A stretch of 64,000 nucleotides of DNA from the NCBI RefSeq assembly GCF_009914755.1, contig NC_060927.1. One strand, given 5' to 3'. The position numbers and the translations under genes are program-made. The notes below the pieces were generated by a model. The model worked only from the letters and a program-made list of their open reading frames with translations. It was not told the DNA's origin and searched no databases. Shown here piece by piece: positions 14,036 through 31,484 of this stretch (within the stretch, counting starts at the first letter, position 1; each line of letters starts with the position of its first letter). The DNA comes from the human T2T-CHM13v2.0 reference genome, Homo sapiens.

Positions 14036-14039
14036 ATGG

Positions 14040-14419
14040 ACTATATAATTGTCCCCTTATTTGAGCCCCTCCCTGCTGGAGGACCGTGCATCTTATTTTT
14101 TCTGGTATGGCCAAATGATTTGTTTTAGCCAATGAAATTTGAGCAGAAGTTGAAGGTGTTCCTTCCAGACAATAGCTTTAAAAACCAGCATGTGATTTGC
14201 CATGTTCCTTTTTTCCTCTTTCTCAACATTCAGCAATGTTCCAGACAGAAGCTACTCCTGCAGCCCGAGTCCTGAGACAAGGATGACATGGCACAGAGCC
14301 ATGGCCAACCCACAATGGTCATATAGTACTAACAAGAAAGAAGTCTTGGTTGTTGTTAGCCAATGAAATGTTGGGTCCTTTGTTATCACAGTATAACCTA
14401 GCCTATGCTGACTAATACA
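14040..14419 (+). mobile_element. MLT1J-type LTR
   Basis: Ends ...tttgttatcacagtataacctagcctatgctgactaataca. Confidence 0.75.
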
Positions 14420-14999
14420 TAACTTCTGCCATCTCTCCTCATCCCCTTCCCCACCCATTTGCAAAAAGTTAGATTGTCCTGACCTGGGATTTGAGAAAAT
14501 AATTGCTTTCTCCGTCTTCCTTCCTCTGTCCTTCTCACTGCCACAGGAAATCAGTTGGGCTTTTTCATTGTTAGTTTTCTCATCAGCTAGCACTATTAAT
14601 AAAAGTCCTTGTGGTTTTATATCCTGAATAGAATATTTTTTAAAGAAAAAAATAGGCATCTTGATTTTATAATCTAGAGTTTCTATGATAGAGTGTATGC
14701 TTTACAGCACTGCCATGATGGATTCCTCTTTGGAAATCTTTTCTTAAAATATGTATCCTGAATTGCTCTATGTTTTCATCAATCATTTTCCATTATGTGC
14801 CATAATTCTTTTTCTTTTTCCTTTTTTGAAAATCTTTTACTGTGGATTCAAGGGAATAAAACTACATTTAAGAGCTTAATGTCCCGGATGAATTTATACA
14901 ACTTTAGATGAACAGGAAAATAATCCCGACAAGTGAAAAAAGATTCATAAATACAAATCCATTTTGGCATCTGTTTTCTCTATTATAAAATAAAAAGGA

Positions 15000-15900
15000 A
15001 AAAAAGAAAGCATCCAGCAGATGCTGGCTTAGAGCAGCTCAATTGGTCACCCACTTTCTCGTTGAACGATGCCAGCAGCCTGGTGCTAAGGGACTGTCTG
15101 GATTTGATATATGACCTTCTTTGCTTGCCAGAGATACAAGGGGCTTGGGAACAGTGTGGGAGATTCCTTTTGATTTACTCATGAATTAAAATGGGCTTTG
15201 CAAATTATCGGCAAGAAAGAGCACACCGAAATTTGTGGAAATGATGTTTGTGGGGATGCTGGTCTTTGGCTAAAAATAGAAACAAGACAGAATGCTGACT
15301 ACTTAACACACCTAATTATAGGGATTTTTTACAGACAAATGCTCGTGTCAACTTTTTTGTCATCATAATGGTCATTGCTGGTTTTCAGTCAGAAGAACTA
15401 AGATAATTACATACGTGATGCCTGGGAATGACTGTCAGAAGGGAAAAGCTGTGAATGCACCTGGAGATTTCTTGTCCGTGGGGCAATGTGCCATATGATA
15501 TCAGGTTGACGTCCACCCACTCTATTCCCTGACTCTCCTCAAATCTGGAGACAGATTCCTTGGCCACTTTAGGTACCAAATACATTTGGTTTTTAATAGA
15601 ATCAGTGGAGTAAGTTCCATTTGAGGCTTCCAGCTGTAGCAAGATATTCCAATTGGTGGAAATCGATCCAATTGAAGTACCCTTGAGCACAAATCAAATG
15701 AGACTCGACTGCGATTGAGGAAAATTATAGTCATAACTTTGCTTTAGGAACTAAGTCGGCTTTCTCTCTGCATGATCTCTGAAAATGGTATGGATGCTCT
15801 CGGCTATCAGCAATGAGGCAGGTGCCAGAACACATTTTTGCTAAAGAGAGTTATTAAAATGTCTTCATCTGGGGTGTGTTGCCATTATTAAAAACAAAAG
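15000..15900. promoter_or_regulatory. Candidate enhancer in a repeat-free block (paired MEF2 sites)
   Basis: CTAAAAATAG at 15270-15279, CTAATTATAG at 15312-15321, TACGTG and TGACGT motifs, retained CpGs. Confidence 0.35.
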
Positions 15901-16244
15901 CAGAGGGAAAATAACAAAATTGGATCATATTCAAGGGGTTCCAAGCCTGACATGTGCTAGCAATACTATTAATGCAAGTATTTAGGTGGGTTCCTGAAGA
16001 ATCCTGTCAATCAATGCAAACACGCCATGGTGCAGAATACTTAAAAGATGACTTTTCATAAGTGAGTTCTCCTACTGGGTTTCCACAGGCCATTTCTGTA
16101 GAGCACTATCTTGTAATTGTGCATATCAAACAAGCTTTCTGATACATTCATACTCACAGCAACATAGAATGTGGTGCAAGAGGGAAACTTGGGCACTACC
16201 TCGCAAATATCTGTCCGCTCATCCACCTCCCAATTTGACATACT

Positions 16245-16350
16245 TAGACCTCCATTTTATAGATGAAGAAAATCAAGGCCCACAAAGGTCATATGAATTG
16301 CCTGAGGTCACACAGCGAGTTACAAACAACTAGAATTAAAATCCAGGGCC
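16245..16350 (-). mobile_element. MIR
   Basis: ccattttatagatgaagaaaatcaaggc...ttgcctgaggtcacacag core. Confidence 0.8.
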
Positions 16351-16819
16351 AGAACTGTTTCTTCTTTAGGACACTATCTCACTATTCATCAGCAGCTTCA
16401 GCTTCAAGGCATTTTTTTTCAGAAGTGAGTAGGGTATGAATTATAAATAAATCAATAATACTCCACACCAAATTCCCCAAAGTAACTAAGAACAGGATGC
16501 CTCTGCTTTTAAGATGCAATTAAAATGCAGTACATTCCTGGAAACAGATGTTATAGAGTTGATCATCCTAAGGCAGACCAAGCAAGGCTCCGTCAAACGT
16601 GGGTAGCATGGGCAGAAGTCATCAAACAAACTAAACATTGTAGAATGAAGGGACCAAGAAGGCAAAAAGTAAAGCCTAGGAATCCATTAGGAAATATCAA
16701 ATAAAGAACAAAGAAAATGTAGCAGGGTAAGAAGTAGACATGGCTTCTGCATGTAAATGGAGCCCATTAGTCTTTGAGATAGGGAGACCAGAAATCCTTG
16801 GTCCTCCAAGTTGTTTTCT

Positions 16820-17050
16820 TTTATTTGAATTCAGCTCAGCAAACATTTACTGAAACATCTGCTATGTTCCAGGCATGCAATTAGACATAGGTAGACATAT
16901 GGTGGTGGACTAAATATCCATGGCGCCTGCCATCAAGGGGCTTATGGTTTTATGGGAAAGACAGCCTAGAAGAGGGATACTTCAATAAATGTTTTAGGTA
17001 CCATGCTGAGGCTCACCCAAGATGCTCTGGAAGCACTAAGAGGGGGAACC
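16820..17050 (-). mobile_element. L2 3' end
   Basis: cagcaaacatttactgaaacatctgctatgttccaggc. Confidence 0.7.
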
Positions 17051-17330
17051 TGTGAATGCCTCTTCCACATTCATTTCATGCTGCCTTCATGAACTAACAG
17101 CCCAGTAGTTTGGGTGGGACTGAGCTAACCCCTAGGTCCAGAGGTGTGCCCGCATAGGCCTAAGCCAGTCAGTATGATTGATTCCAAGTGGTCATATGAC
17201 CTATGTTTGTCCACTCAAAATGAAGTCCACTGTCTTCAGTGATTGGAAAAGAGAGGCTTTCTATCTGTGGAGGGTAAATGTGAGGCCAGGAACTGTCACA
17301 GCCATTTTATGACTGCCCCTGGGTGCTGAG
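17051..17330 (+). mobile_element. MLT1K-like LTR fragment
   Basis: ggcctaagccagtcag...ggtcatatgacc...cagccatttt. Confidence 0.5.
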
Positions 17331-18698
17331 TGGGAAAATTCCTGTTGCTCCAGAACTGAGGACTAAGATCAAAGCCAAAAAGAAAGATAATAAAAACTGC
17401 ATCCACCGTCAAAATCCTAAAGACAGCAGAAAACTCATCAGGGCTCATTAAATGGAGCTGAATGGGTTCTCCTGGCACCCCAAGTCAAGTAAGGATGACT
17501 TCTGAAGACCCTTCATTGAGACTGGGGTGCCCTCAAGTGGGACAGCAGGTCCATACCTCACTCTATGGCTGGAATGTTCACCGAAACCCACACATCCAGC
17601 CAAGTACCCCAGCTAGCCAGGGTATGGGGAAGGAGTTCCTAGGTAACATTGGCAATCTCCCCAAGAAGTGAACATAGTGATGGAGCCTTCTTTCCTGAAG
17701 AATTTACAGTTTAGGAAGACAGTGTGGAAAGTGCGGAATTGGTGAGGTTAACCTAGAAACAAGGCAGTAGCAATGCCCATCCCAGACAAGTTCCTCCAGA
17801 CCATTGCAGGGCATGAAAGAAACCACAGAAGTTTCCATGACTTTCACATGTACATTATGTGAGTTAGAAGAAGAGAGAGAAGCCATGAAGCTGTGTAGAC
17901 AGCTGCCAGGCAGCCAAGGCTACAGCCCATCTGGAGCATGGACTCCTAAGGGTGATGAAAAGACACAACTTCCTTCTATGAGGGACCTTCATCAGCAAAG
18001 AAGTGGAATAGAGGTGAAGAGCATCCCAAGAAAACCTCACCACTAACATACATCACCACACTAACAGAGGTTACTGGAGTGATGGAGCAGAAGAAGACCA
18101 GAAGCAACTCTCCTCACCAATGCCAGCCAGCTAATAAAGACCCCCTGCTACTTTTCCCAGCCCTCTTCCCCATGTCAAGCACAAGGCATTCTAGAGCCTG
18201 CAGGGTGAATCAGTGGCCAATGCCCCCTCTCTGCCTCATATCCCTTACACCACCGGTTAACCTGAACTGAGGTGATAGGAGAGAAGAGATCTTAATAAGA
18301 ATATAAGATTGAAACTTTAAATACAAATAGGATGGAGTTGTAAATGATGAAATAGACTGCTTTACTTATCACCATTGGCTGTAAAATTATGGAATCTGTT
18401 CAGGATATTGGTAGAAAAGGGGAAAGCTAGTTCAAATATTTGAACTAGCACAGTTGGGGACAGTGATTAGAAGAAACTCAAATCCTGGTTCTGCCACATA
18501 CTAACTTTCTAAAATGGGGATAATGACACATAACTTGCAGGAATATTTTAAAGACTATGCATGCCTTCAAAAGATATTTAACATGTTCAAAGAGCACTGT
18601 ATATGGAGTTTAGTGAACTTGGTGGGAAATTGTTGAAGATGGGTAATGCATATTATGTTTTCAAAAAATGACCACAGCAATATTATTTAGTCCCACAT

Positions 18699-21418
<2,720 letters not shown>

Positions 21419-22064
21419 CACACACTCTTCCAGAACCTGGCCACACACCAACAAGACGTGGAGTCTACCCTCACCCCATCCCCACCTCTCTTGAACCTGG
21501 GCAAGCATTTGTGATTGCCTAATAGAATATAGTGGAAGTGATGATGCCTTATTTCCAAGGCTAAGTCAGAAAAGGAAATATGACTTCTACCTGGCTCACT
21601 CTCTCACTGGGGACATTTGCTCTTGGAATCCAGCCAGCATGTCTTAAGAAAGCCCAGGCCACATGCAGAAGCCATATGTAGGTGTTTGGGTCAACATAAT
21701 TGGCTGAAGTCTTAGCTGTCAGTCATCATTAACCACCACATGTGAGACTTGATAAAACTTCAGGTGATTCCAGCCCCTGGTCTTCAAGTTTCCCCAATTA
21801 ATGCCAAAAGGAGCAGAAATGAGCAATTTGGATCCCACCCAAACTGCAACAAAATAATTATTGTCATTGTTTTAAGCCACTACATATTTAGAGTCATTTG
21901 TTACAGAGGCTCAGTAACTGAAATAATGAGGTTGGCAAGTAGGAATGAACTAGGTGATACAGGGCCTAGTAAACCCCAGGAAAAGTTTGTATTTAATTCT
22001 GAGTATACTGAGGGCCTTTGAAGTTACATAATGCAGTTAAGTTTTAAGGTCACTCTTTCTACAA

Positions 22065-22395
22065 AAAATGGCTTGACTCACATGTCTGGTGCCTCAGTAG
22101 AGATAAAAGTCTAGGATTACTAGAACCATAGGCCAGAATGCCTACACATGGAGGACTCAGTAATCAGACATCTTCTCTGCTAGCTCAGAGCTCTGAAGAA
22201 GCATGTTCTAAGAGGCCTGGATAGAAGTTCCAATGCATCTTATGAGCTGGCCTTGTACGTCCCAGAACATCACTGCCACTTTATTCCACTGGTCAAGTAA
22301 CAAGCTGAAGCCAGCCAGGGTTAAGGGAAGGGCATTAGAGTCCACCTCTCAATGGCAGGAATAGCAAACAATTTTCAATCATCTTTAATCTACCT
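22065..22395 (-). mobile_element. MLT1H-type LTR
   Basis: ctcacatgtctggtgcctcag...ccacctctcaatggcaggaatagcaaa...atctttaatctacc. Confidence 0.65.
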
Positions 22396-22419
22396 AACTA
22401 TATACGTCTCATAAGCTAT

Positions 22420-22630
22420 TATAGTATTAAGTACATTTTATTATAATTTGTAATTACACACTTATTTGTGTGCTTACTTATTCAATGCATTTTTCTCTCA
22501 GTGGATCTAAGAATCATGAAGTCAAGGCCATATATCTGTTTGTTTACAGCCATATATACAGCTACTAGCCCAAAGCCTTGCACAGAGAAAGTGCTCAATA
22601 AATATTAGTTTAATAAATGAGTAAATGTCT
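22420..22630 (+). mobile_element. L2 3' end
   Basis: gtgctcaataaatattagttt tail. Confidence 0.65.
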
Positions 22631-23753
22631 TCTCTTTAAAAGTACATTCCATGAAGGCAGGAAATGTCTGTTTTGTGGGACCTAACACATAAATAAGATA
22701 CAGAACTAGCTAGGACAGCCAGTGTTGGTAGGATCAAAAGCCTGAAATTCATGCATTGGACTGTTTCATATTTTGTATACCCTGAATATTACTATTTTGT
22801 TTTACTCAAATTATTCAGTAAAAATGTCTTCAAATTTGGAGCCATCTCTAGAAAAATCCAGAGAATAGGATAGCTATGTGCTTGAGCCAGAATTGGAAAA
22901 GAGCTCACTCCCCAAATCATCATGAAAGTGCGACTGGCATGCAGGAAAAGAGATCCTCGAAGATAAGTCAGAATTCAAGGACACTGATCCAGCCCCTCTT
23001 CTCTCCACATAGTTCCTTTTTCCTGTTTTAAATATTGCTGATTCTGAATTTAGGTTGTTAAGGGAGGCTGCTTTATTCTCTAACATAACATATTATGCAA
23101 GAATGCAAGTAAGACTGCAAGTAAACTCAAGATAACGTGGCTTCTAAGAAAGATGTGAGCCCACCTGTTTAGGCAAAAATTGTACAACTCTCCAAAAGAA
23201 TCCTGCAGAAACACTAAGCAATGTTACATTGGCTTTGAAATGTCATGTTAAGTATTTTCAGCTGAAGCAGCTCCTAATTTGGGATAGCAAGTCATAGAAA
23301 GGGCTTTCTAATCCACCATGAAAATTACCAACATTTTCTAAGCATAAAAACAAAAATATTTTTAAAACATGAAGGAAAAGAGTAATTGCTTAATTTGCTT
23401 GCATAAACATTTAAATCTTTCATACGTCAAAAATTAAAAGGCAAAATAAGAAAAAGACATTTCTGCCTAAGTCAGGGGATTGCTAAGCATAGTAGATAAA
23501 GGCCACATAGGACCACAATTACTTCTGGCTTTGGAATCACCCAAGCTTGTGTTCGAAACCTGGATCACTTACTTACAGGTGTATAACCTGAACAAGTCCA
23601 TTAAAAGCTGCCTGAGGGAGTGGAGCAAGATGCTGAAATAGAAGGGTCTACTGATCATTCCCCCTGCAAGGACACTAACAGGCAACTCTCTATACAAAAA
23701 AAAGTACCTTCATAAGAACCAAAAATCAGGTCAGCACTCACAGTACCTGGTTT

Positions 23754-23830
23754 TAATTTCCTATCACTGAGAGAGGCACTGATAAGGTAGGAAAAACCTC
23801 TTCAGTGCCTCTCTCGGTGATATAAAGTTA
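23754..23830. repeat. 35-bp inverted repeat (hairpin), 7-nt loop
   Basis: Arms 23754-23788 and 23796-23830, 29/35 Watson-Crick pairs. Confidence 0.95.
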
Positions 23831-26800
23831 GTCTTGAATCACTGACACCACCTGCCACCCCTATATTCCCCAGGAGTGGTGGCATGGTGCCAAGAGAATT
23901 TCTTTGTGCTGGGGAGCGGGAGAGCACAGCAATTGTGAGGTGTTGAACTCAGTGCTGCCCTATTATAATAGAAAAAAAAAAAAGAAAGAAAGAAACAGAC
24001 CAAACTCAGCTGACCCATGAAGGGAGCATTGAAACCAGCCTTAGCCAGAGGGGAGTCACCAATCCCAGTGTCTCGCTACTGTGAGCTAAAGGATTCTGGG
24101 GCCCCAAATAAACTTGAAAGGCAGTCTAGACCACAAGAACTGCAACTCCTAGAGAATCCTAGTGCTGAATTTGTCCCAGAGACAGTGGACTTGGGGAGGG
24201 GGATGGAGAACATGACCCACTGAGATACCAGCCCAGGTAGCTAAGGGAGTACTGGCATCATCCCCCATCCCACCCCAGGCTGTACAGCTCACAGCTCCAA
24301 AAGAGAGCCCCCTTCCCTTCACTTGAGGAGACAGAAGAGTAGAGAAGATGTTGTCTTGAATCTTTTATATCAGCTCAGCCACAGCAGGACAGAGCACTGC
24401 TCAGAGTCATGAGGCCCCATTCCCAGGCCCTAGCTCCCTGATAACATTTCTAGATACATCCTGGGCCAGAAGGAAAGGACCCAGTCCTGTCGGGACTCAT
24501 CACCTGCTAACTGAAGATCCCTTGGGCCCTGAATAAAGAGCAGTGATACCCAGGCACTATGTTGAGGACCTCAGGTGAGACCCTGAGACTTGCTTGCTTC
24601 AGAGGAGACTCAACACATTCCCAGCTATAGTGACTATGAGGCGAGACTCCTTCCACTTGAGAAAGGCAGAGGGAAAAGTAAAGGGGACTTTGCTTGCACC
24701 TTAGATGCCAGTTCAGTCACAGTGGAGCAAAGCAATAAGAAGGCTCTTAGGGTCCCCAAGTCCAGGCCTAGGCTCTTGGAGTACCCAATTCCAGAACTTG
24801 GCTCTTGGATGGCATTTCTGGACTTGCCCTGGACCAGAGAGGAGCCCACTGCCCTAAAGGGTGAGTCCTAAGCCAGGAAGCATCTATCACAGGCTGATTG
24901 AAGAGCCTGTGGGCCTTAAAGAAACATCTGTGGTAATCCCCATGGGCCTGTGGTGGTGGTGGCCATAGGGTGAAGCTCCTTTGCCTTTGGAAATTGGAGG
25001 GAAGAGTAGGAAGGACTGTGTCTTGTGGTTTGAGTGCCAGTCCACCTGCAGTACAATAAAACACCAAGTAGATTTCTAAGGTTTTTGACTCTAGTACTCG
25101 GCTCCCAGATGGCATCTCTGGACACAGCCAGGGCCTGGGGCAGTTCTTTACCCTGAAAGGAAGGATATAGGCCTGGCTGGCTTTGCCACCTGTTAATTGT
25201 AGAGCCCCAGGGCCTTGAGCGAACATAGGCCATAGTCAGGGAGTGGTTACAGCAGGCCTTGGGAGAGACCCAGTGCTGTGCTAGCTTCAGGTCTGACCCA
25301 GCATAGAACTAGGAGTGGTGGCAAGATGGGTGCTTATGTCAATCCACCCCCAGCTCCAGGTGACTCAGAACAGACAAAGAGACTCTGTTTGTTAGGGAAA
25401 AAGTAAGGGAAGAGAACAAGAGTCTCTGCCTGGTAATCCAGAGAATTCTTCCAGATCTTATCCAGGACCATCAAGGCAGTACCTCTACAAGTCTGCAAGA
25501 ACCAAAGTATTATGGGCTTGGGATACCCCCTAAAGTAGATACAGCTTAGGTCACAACACCCAAGCCCTGTCAAATATCTGGAAAGCCTTTCCAAAATGGA
25601 TGGGTACAAACAAGTCCAGACTGAGAAGACTACAATAAATACCTCACTCTTCAATGCCCAGACACACATGAACATCTACAAGTATCAAGACCATCCAGGA
25701 AAACATGACCTCGCCAAATGAACTAAAAAGCCACCAGGGATCAATCCTGGAGAAGCAGTTATGTGATCTTTCAGACAGAGAATTTAAAATAGCTGTTTTG
25801 AGGAGATTCAAAGAAATTCTAGATAACACTGAGAAGGAATTCAGAATTCTATCACACAAATTTAACAAAGAGATTGAAATAATTAAAAAGAATCTAGCAG
25901 GAATTCTGGAGCTGAAAAATGCAATTGGCATATTGAAGAATGCATCAGAGTCTTTTAATAGCAGAATTGATCAAGCAGAAGAAAGAATTAGTGAGCCTGA
26001 AGAAAGGTTATTTGAAAATACAGTCAAAGGAGGCAAAAGAAAAAAGAAAAAACAATGAAGCACACCTAGAGGATTTAGAAAACAGCCTCAAAAGGGCAAA
26101 TCTGTTATCAGCCTTAAAAAGGAGGTAAAGAAAGAGATAAGGATAGAAAGTTTATTCAAAGGAACAATAATAGAGAACTTCGCATAGAGAAAGATATCAA
26201 CATCCCAGTATAAGAAGGTTATAGAACAATAAGCAGATTTAACTCAAAAAAGACTACCTCAAGGCACTTAACTCATTCTAAACAAACTCAGAAAAGTCAA
26301 GGATAAAGAAAGGATTCTAAAAACATCAAGAGAAAATAAACAAATAACATAAATAGAGCTTCAATACATCTGGCAGCAGACTTTCCAGTAGAAACCTTAC
26401 AGACCAGGAGGCAGTGGCATGCTATATTTAAAGTGCTGAAGAAAAAATAACTTTTACCCTAGAATACTATATCCAGTGAAAATATCCTTCAAACATGAAG
26501 GAGAAATAAAGGCTTTCCCAGAAAAACAAAAGCTGAGGGATTTCATCAATACCAGAACTGTCCTACAAGAAATGCTAAAGGGAGTACTTCAATCAGGAAT
26601 AAAAGGTCATTAATGAGCAAGAAGAAATCATCTGAAGGTACAGAACTCACTGGTAATAGTAAATACACAGAAAAACACAGACTATGATAACACTGAAATT
26701 GTGGTGTGTAAACTACTTTTATCTTAAGTAGAAAGACTAAATGATGAACTAATCAAAAATAATATCTATGACAACTTTTCAAGACACAGAGAGTACAATA

Positions 26801-29353
26801 AGATATACATAGAAACAAAAACTTAAGCAGGAGGATGCAATTAAGGCAGAGTCTTTATTAGTTTTATTTTTGCTTGTTTCTTTCTTTGTTTATGCAGTGT
26901 CAAGTTGTTATCAGCTTAAAATAATAGGTTATAAGACAGTATTTGCAAGCCTTATGGAAACCTCAAACCAAAAAACATACAATGGATACACAAAAAATAA
27001 AAAGCAAAAAACTAAATCATATCACCAGAAAAAAAATCACCTTCACTAAAAGGAAGACATGAAGGAAAGAAAGAAGAAAAACTACAAAACAACCAGAAAA
27101 CAAATAACAAAATCACAAGAGTGAGTCCTTAATAATAACAATGAATGTAAATGAACTAAACTCTCCAATCAAAAGACATATAGTGACTGAATGGATTTTA
27201 AAAAATACTCAATGATCTGTTACCTACAAGAGGCACACTTCATCTATAAAAACACACATAGACTGAAAATAAAGGGATAGAAAAAGACATTCCAGGCCTA
27301 TAGAAATCAAAAGAGAGCAGGAGTAGTATACTTATATCAGACAAAATAGATTGCAAGACAAAAACCATAAGAAGAGACAAAGAAGGTCACTATAAAATGA
27401 TAAAGGGATCAATTCAGCAAGAGGATATAACAATTATAAATATATATGTATCCAACACTGGAGCACCAGATATACAAAGCAAATATTATTTGAGCTAAAG
27501 AAAGAGATAGACCTTGATATAATAATAGCTGGAGATTTTGACAACTCACTTTCAGCATTAGACAGATCTTCCATACAGAAAATCAACAAGGAAACACTGC
27601 GCTTAATCTGCACCATAAACCAAATAAATCTAATACACATTTACAAAACATTTCATCCAATGATTGCAGAATAACATTCCTTTTTTCAGCACATGGATCA
27701 TTCTCAAGGATGGACCATATGTCAGATCACAAAACAAGTCTTAAAACATTCAAAAACATTGAAATATTATCAAGCATCTTCTCATAATGGAATAAAACTA
27801 GATATCAATAACAAGAAGAATTTTGGAAACTATACAAATACATGGAAATTAAACAGTATGCTCCTGAATGACCGGTGGGTCAATGAAGGAATTAAGAAGG
27901 AAATTGAAAATATTCTTGAAACAAATGATAATGGAAACATGAAATACCAAAACCTATGGAATACAGCAAAAGCAGTACTAAGAGTGAAGTTTATAGTTAT
28001 CAGCACCCACATCAAAAAAATTTCAAATAAATTACCTAACAATGCATCTTTAAACACTAGAAAAGCAAGAGCAAACCAAACCCAAAGTTCGTAAAAAGAA
28101 GAAATAATAAAGATCAGAGCAGGAATAAATGAAATTGGAACAAGGAAAACAATACAAAAGATCAATGAAACATAAAGTAGGTTTTTGAAAAGTTAAACAA
28201 AATTGACAAACCTTTAGCCAGACTAAGAAAAAAAGAAGATCCAAATAAATAAAATCTGAAATGAAAATGGAGGCATCACAACTGATACTACAGGAATTCA
28301 AAAGATCATTAGGAGCTACTAGGAACCCCTATAGATTTGCCAATAAATTGGAAAAGCTATAGGAAATGGACAAATCCCTAGACACATAGGACCTACCAAA
28401 ATTGAACCACGAAGAATTCCAAAACCTGAACAGACCAACAACAAGTAATGAGATTGAAGCCATAATAAAAAGTTTCCCAGGACCTGATGGCTTCACTGCT
28501 GAATTCTACCAAACATTTAAAGAAGAACTAATACCAATCATACTCAAACTATTTTCAAAAGTAGAGGAGGAGGAAATACTTCCAAACTCATTCTATGAGG
28601 CCAGTATTACCTGATACCAAAACCAGACAAAGACACATTAAAAAAAAATACAGGCCAATATCTCTGATGAATATTGATGCAAAAATCCTCAACAAAATAC
28701 TAGCAAACTGAATTCAACAATGCATGTCAAAGATCATTTATGATGACCAAGTGGGATTTATCCCTGTGATCCAATGATAGTTTAACATATGTAAATCAAT
28801 CAATGTGATACATAGTATCAACAGAATGAAAGACAGAAACCATATGATCATTTCGATTGATGCTGAAAAAGTATTTGATAAAATCCAACATTCCTTTATG
28901 ATAAGAACCCTGAAAAAACTGGGTATAGAAGGAACATATCTCAACGTATTAAAAGCCGTATATGACAGACCCACAGCTAGTATACTGAATGGGGAAAAAA
29001 TGGAAAGCCTTTCCTCTAAGATCTGGAACACGAAAGGGATACCCACTTTTGCCACTGTTATTCAACATAGTACTGGAAGTCCTGTCTAGAGCAACCAGAC
29101 AAGAGAAAGAAAGAAATGGTATCAAAATTGGAAAGAAGTCAAATTACCCTTGTTTGCAGATGATATGGCCTTATATTTGGAAAAATCTGAAGACCCCACA
29201 CAAAAATATTAGAACTGATAAATAAAGTTGCAGGATAGAAAATCAACATACAAAAACCAGTAGCCTTTCTGTATGCCAACAGTGAATAATGTGAAAAAGA
29301 AATAAAACTCAGTAACCCTGTTTACAATACCCACAAATAAAATTGAATACCTA

Positions 29354-29565
<212 letters not shown>

Positions 29566-31484
29566 CTATAAAACACTGATGAAAGAAATTGAAGAGGACA
29601 CAAAAAAATGTAAAAATATTCCATGTTCATGGATTGGAAGAATCTGTATTGTTAAAATGTCCATACTGTCCAAAGCAATCTACAGATTCAATGCAATCCC
29701 TATCAAAATACCAATGACATTCTTCAAAGAAATAGAAAAAAATTCCTAAAATTTATATAAAGCAACAAAAGACCCACGATAGCCAAGGCTATCCTAAGTA
29801 AAAAGAGCAAAACTGGAAGAATCACCTTACCTGACTTCAAATTGTACTACAGAGGCAATAGTCACCAAAACAGCATGGTACTGACATAAAAACAGACACA
29901 TAAAACAGTGGAACAGAATAGAGAACCCAGAAGCAAATCCACACAGCTACAGTGAACTCATTTTCAACAAAGGTGCCAAGAACACACACTGGGAAAAAGA
30001 TAGTCTCTTCAGTAAATGGTGCTGGGAAACTGGATATCCATATACAGAAAAATGAAACTAGATCCCTATTTCTCCCATATATGAAAATCAAGTCAAAATG
30101 GATTAAAGCCTTAAATCAAGACCTCCAAACTATAAAACTACTACAAGAAATGTCAAGAAAAATCATTGTTCTGGGCAAAAAAATTTTAATTAATGTCCCA
30201 CAAGCACAGGCAACCAAAGCAAAAATGGACAAATGGAATCACATTAAATTAAAAAGCTTCTGCACAGGAAAGGAAACAATCAACAAAGTGAAGAGACATT
30301 CCACAGAATGCAAGAAAATATTTGCAAACTACTCATCTGATAAGGGAATAATAACCAAAATGTATAAGGAGCTCAAACAACTCTATATGAAAAAATTGAA
30401 TAATCCAATTTTAAAATGGGCAAAAAATTGAATAGACATTTCTCAAAAGAAGAAATACAAATAGCAAATAGGCATATGAAAAGGTACTCAACATCACTGA
30501 TTATCAAAGAAATGCAAATCAAAACTACAATGAGATATCATCTCACTCCAGTTAAAATGGCTTACATCCAAAAGACAGGCAATAAGAAATGTTGGAGAGG
30601 ATGTGAAGAAAAGAGAACCCTTGTACACTGTTGGTGAGAATGTAAATTGGTACAATCACTATGAAGAACAGTTTGGAGGTTACTCAAAAAACTAAAAATA
30701 GAGCTACCATATCATCCAGCAATCTTACTGCTGGGTATGTAACTTAAAGAAAGAAAAATAGTGTATCAAAGAGATATCTGCACTCCCTTGTTCGTTACAG
30801 CACTGTTCACAAGAGCCAAAATTTGGAAGCAACTTAAGTGTCTCTCAACAGATGAATGGATAAAGAAAATGTGGTATTTATAAACAAGGGAGTACTATTC
30901 AGCCATAAGAAAGAATGAGATCCTGTCATTTACAACCACATGGGTGGAACTGGAGGTCATTATGCTAAACGAAATAAACCAGGCACAGGGAGACAAACAT
31001 CACATGTTCTCACCTATTCGTGGGATCTAAAAATGAAAACAATTAAACTTACAGAGATAGAGAGTAGAATGATGGTTACCAGAGGCTGGCAAGGCGGAAG
31101 GGTGGGAAGGTGGGGATGGTTAATGGGTCCAAAAAAATAGAATGAATAAGACCTAGATTTTACAGTACAATAGCATCACTACAGTCAATAACACTTCATT
31201 TGTACATTTAAAAACAACTAAATAGTATAGTTGGATTGTTTGTAACACAAAGGATAAATACTCGAGGGCATGATACCCCATTATGCACGATTATTATGTA
31301 CTGCATGCCTATATCGAAACATCTCATGTACCCTCTAAATATATACAGCTACTATATACCCACAAAAATTAAAATAACACATTTAAAAATAAATCAAAAT
31401 AAAAACTGCCTGAGCCTCAATTTCTGCATCTCACAATGGAGAAAATAATACCCATTTTAAAGGATTATTATGAGAATCAAGAAC

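Noticed and set aside
17350-18450. Possible Gypsy-type LTR remnants (also about 58815-59200)
   Set aside because: Only a vague resemblance; I cannot support a family call without a Dfam search.
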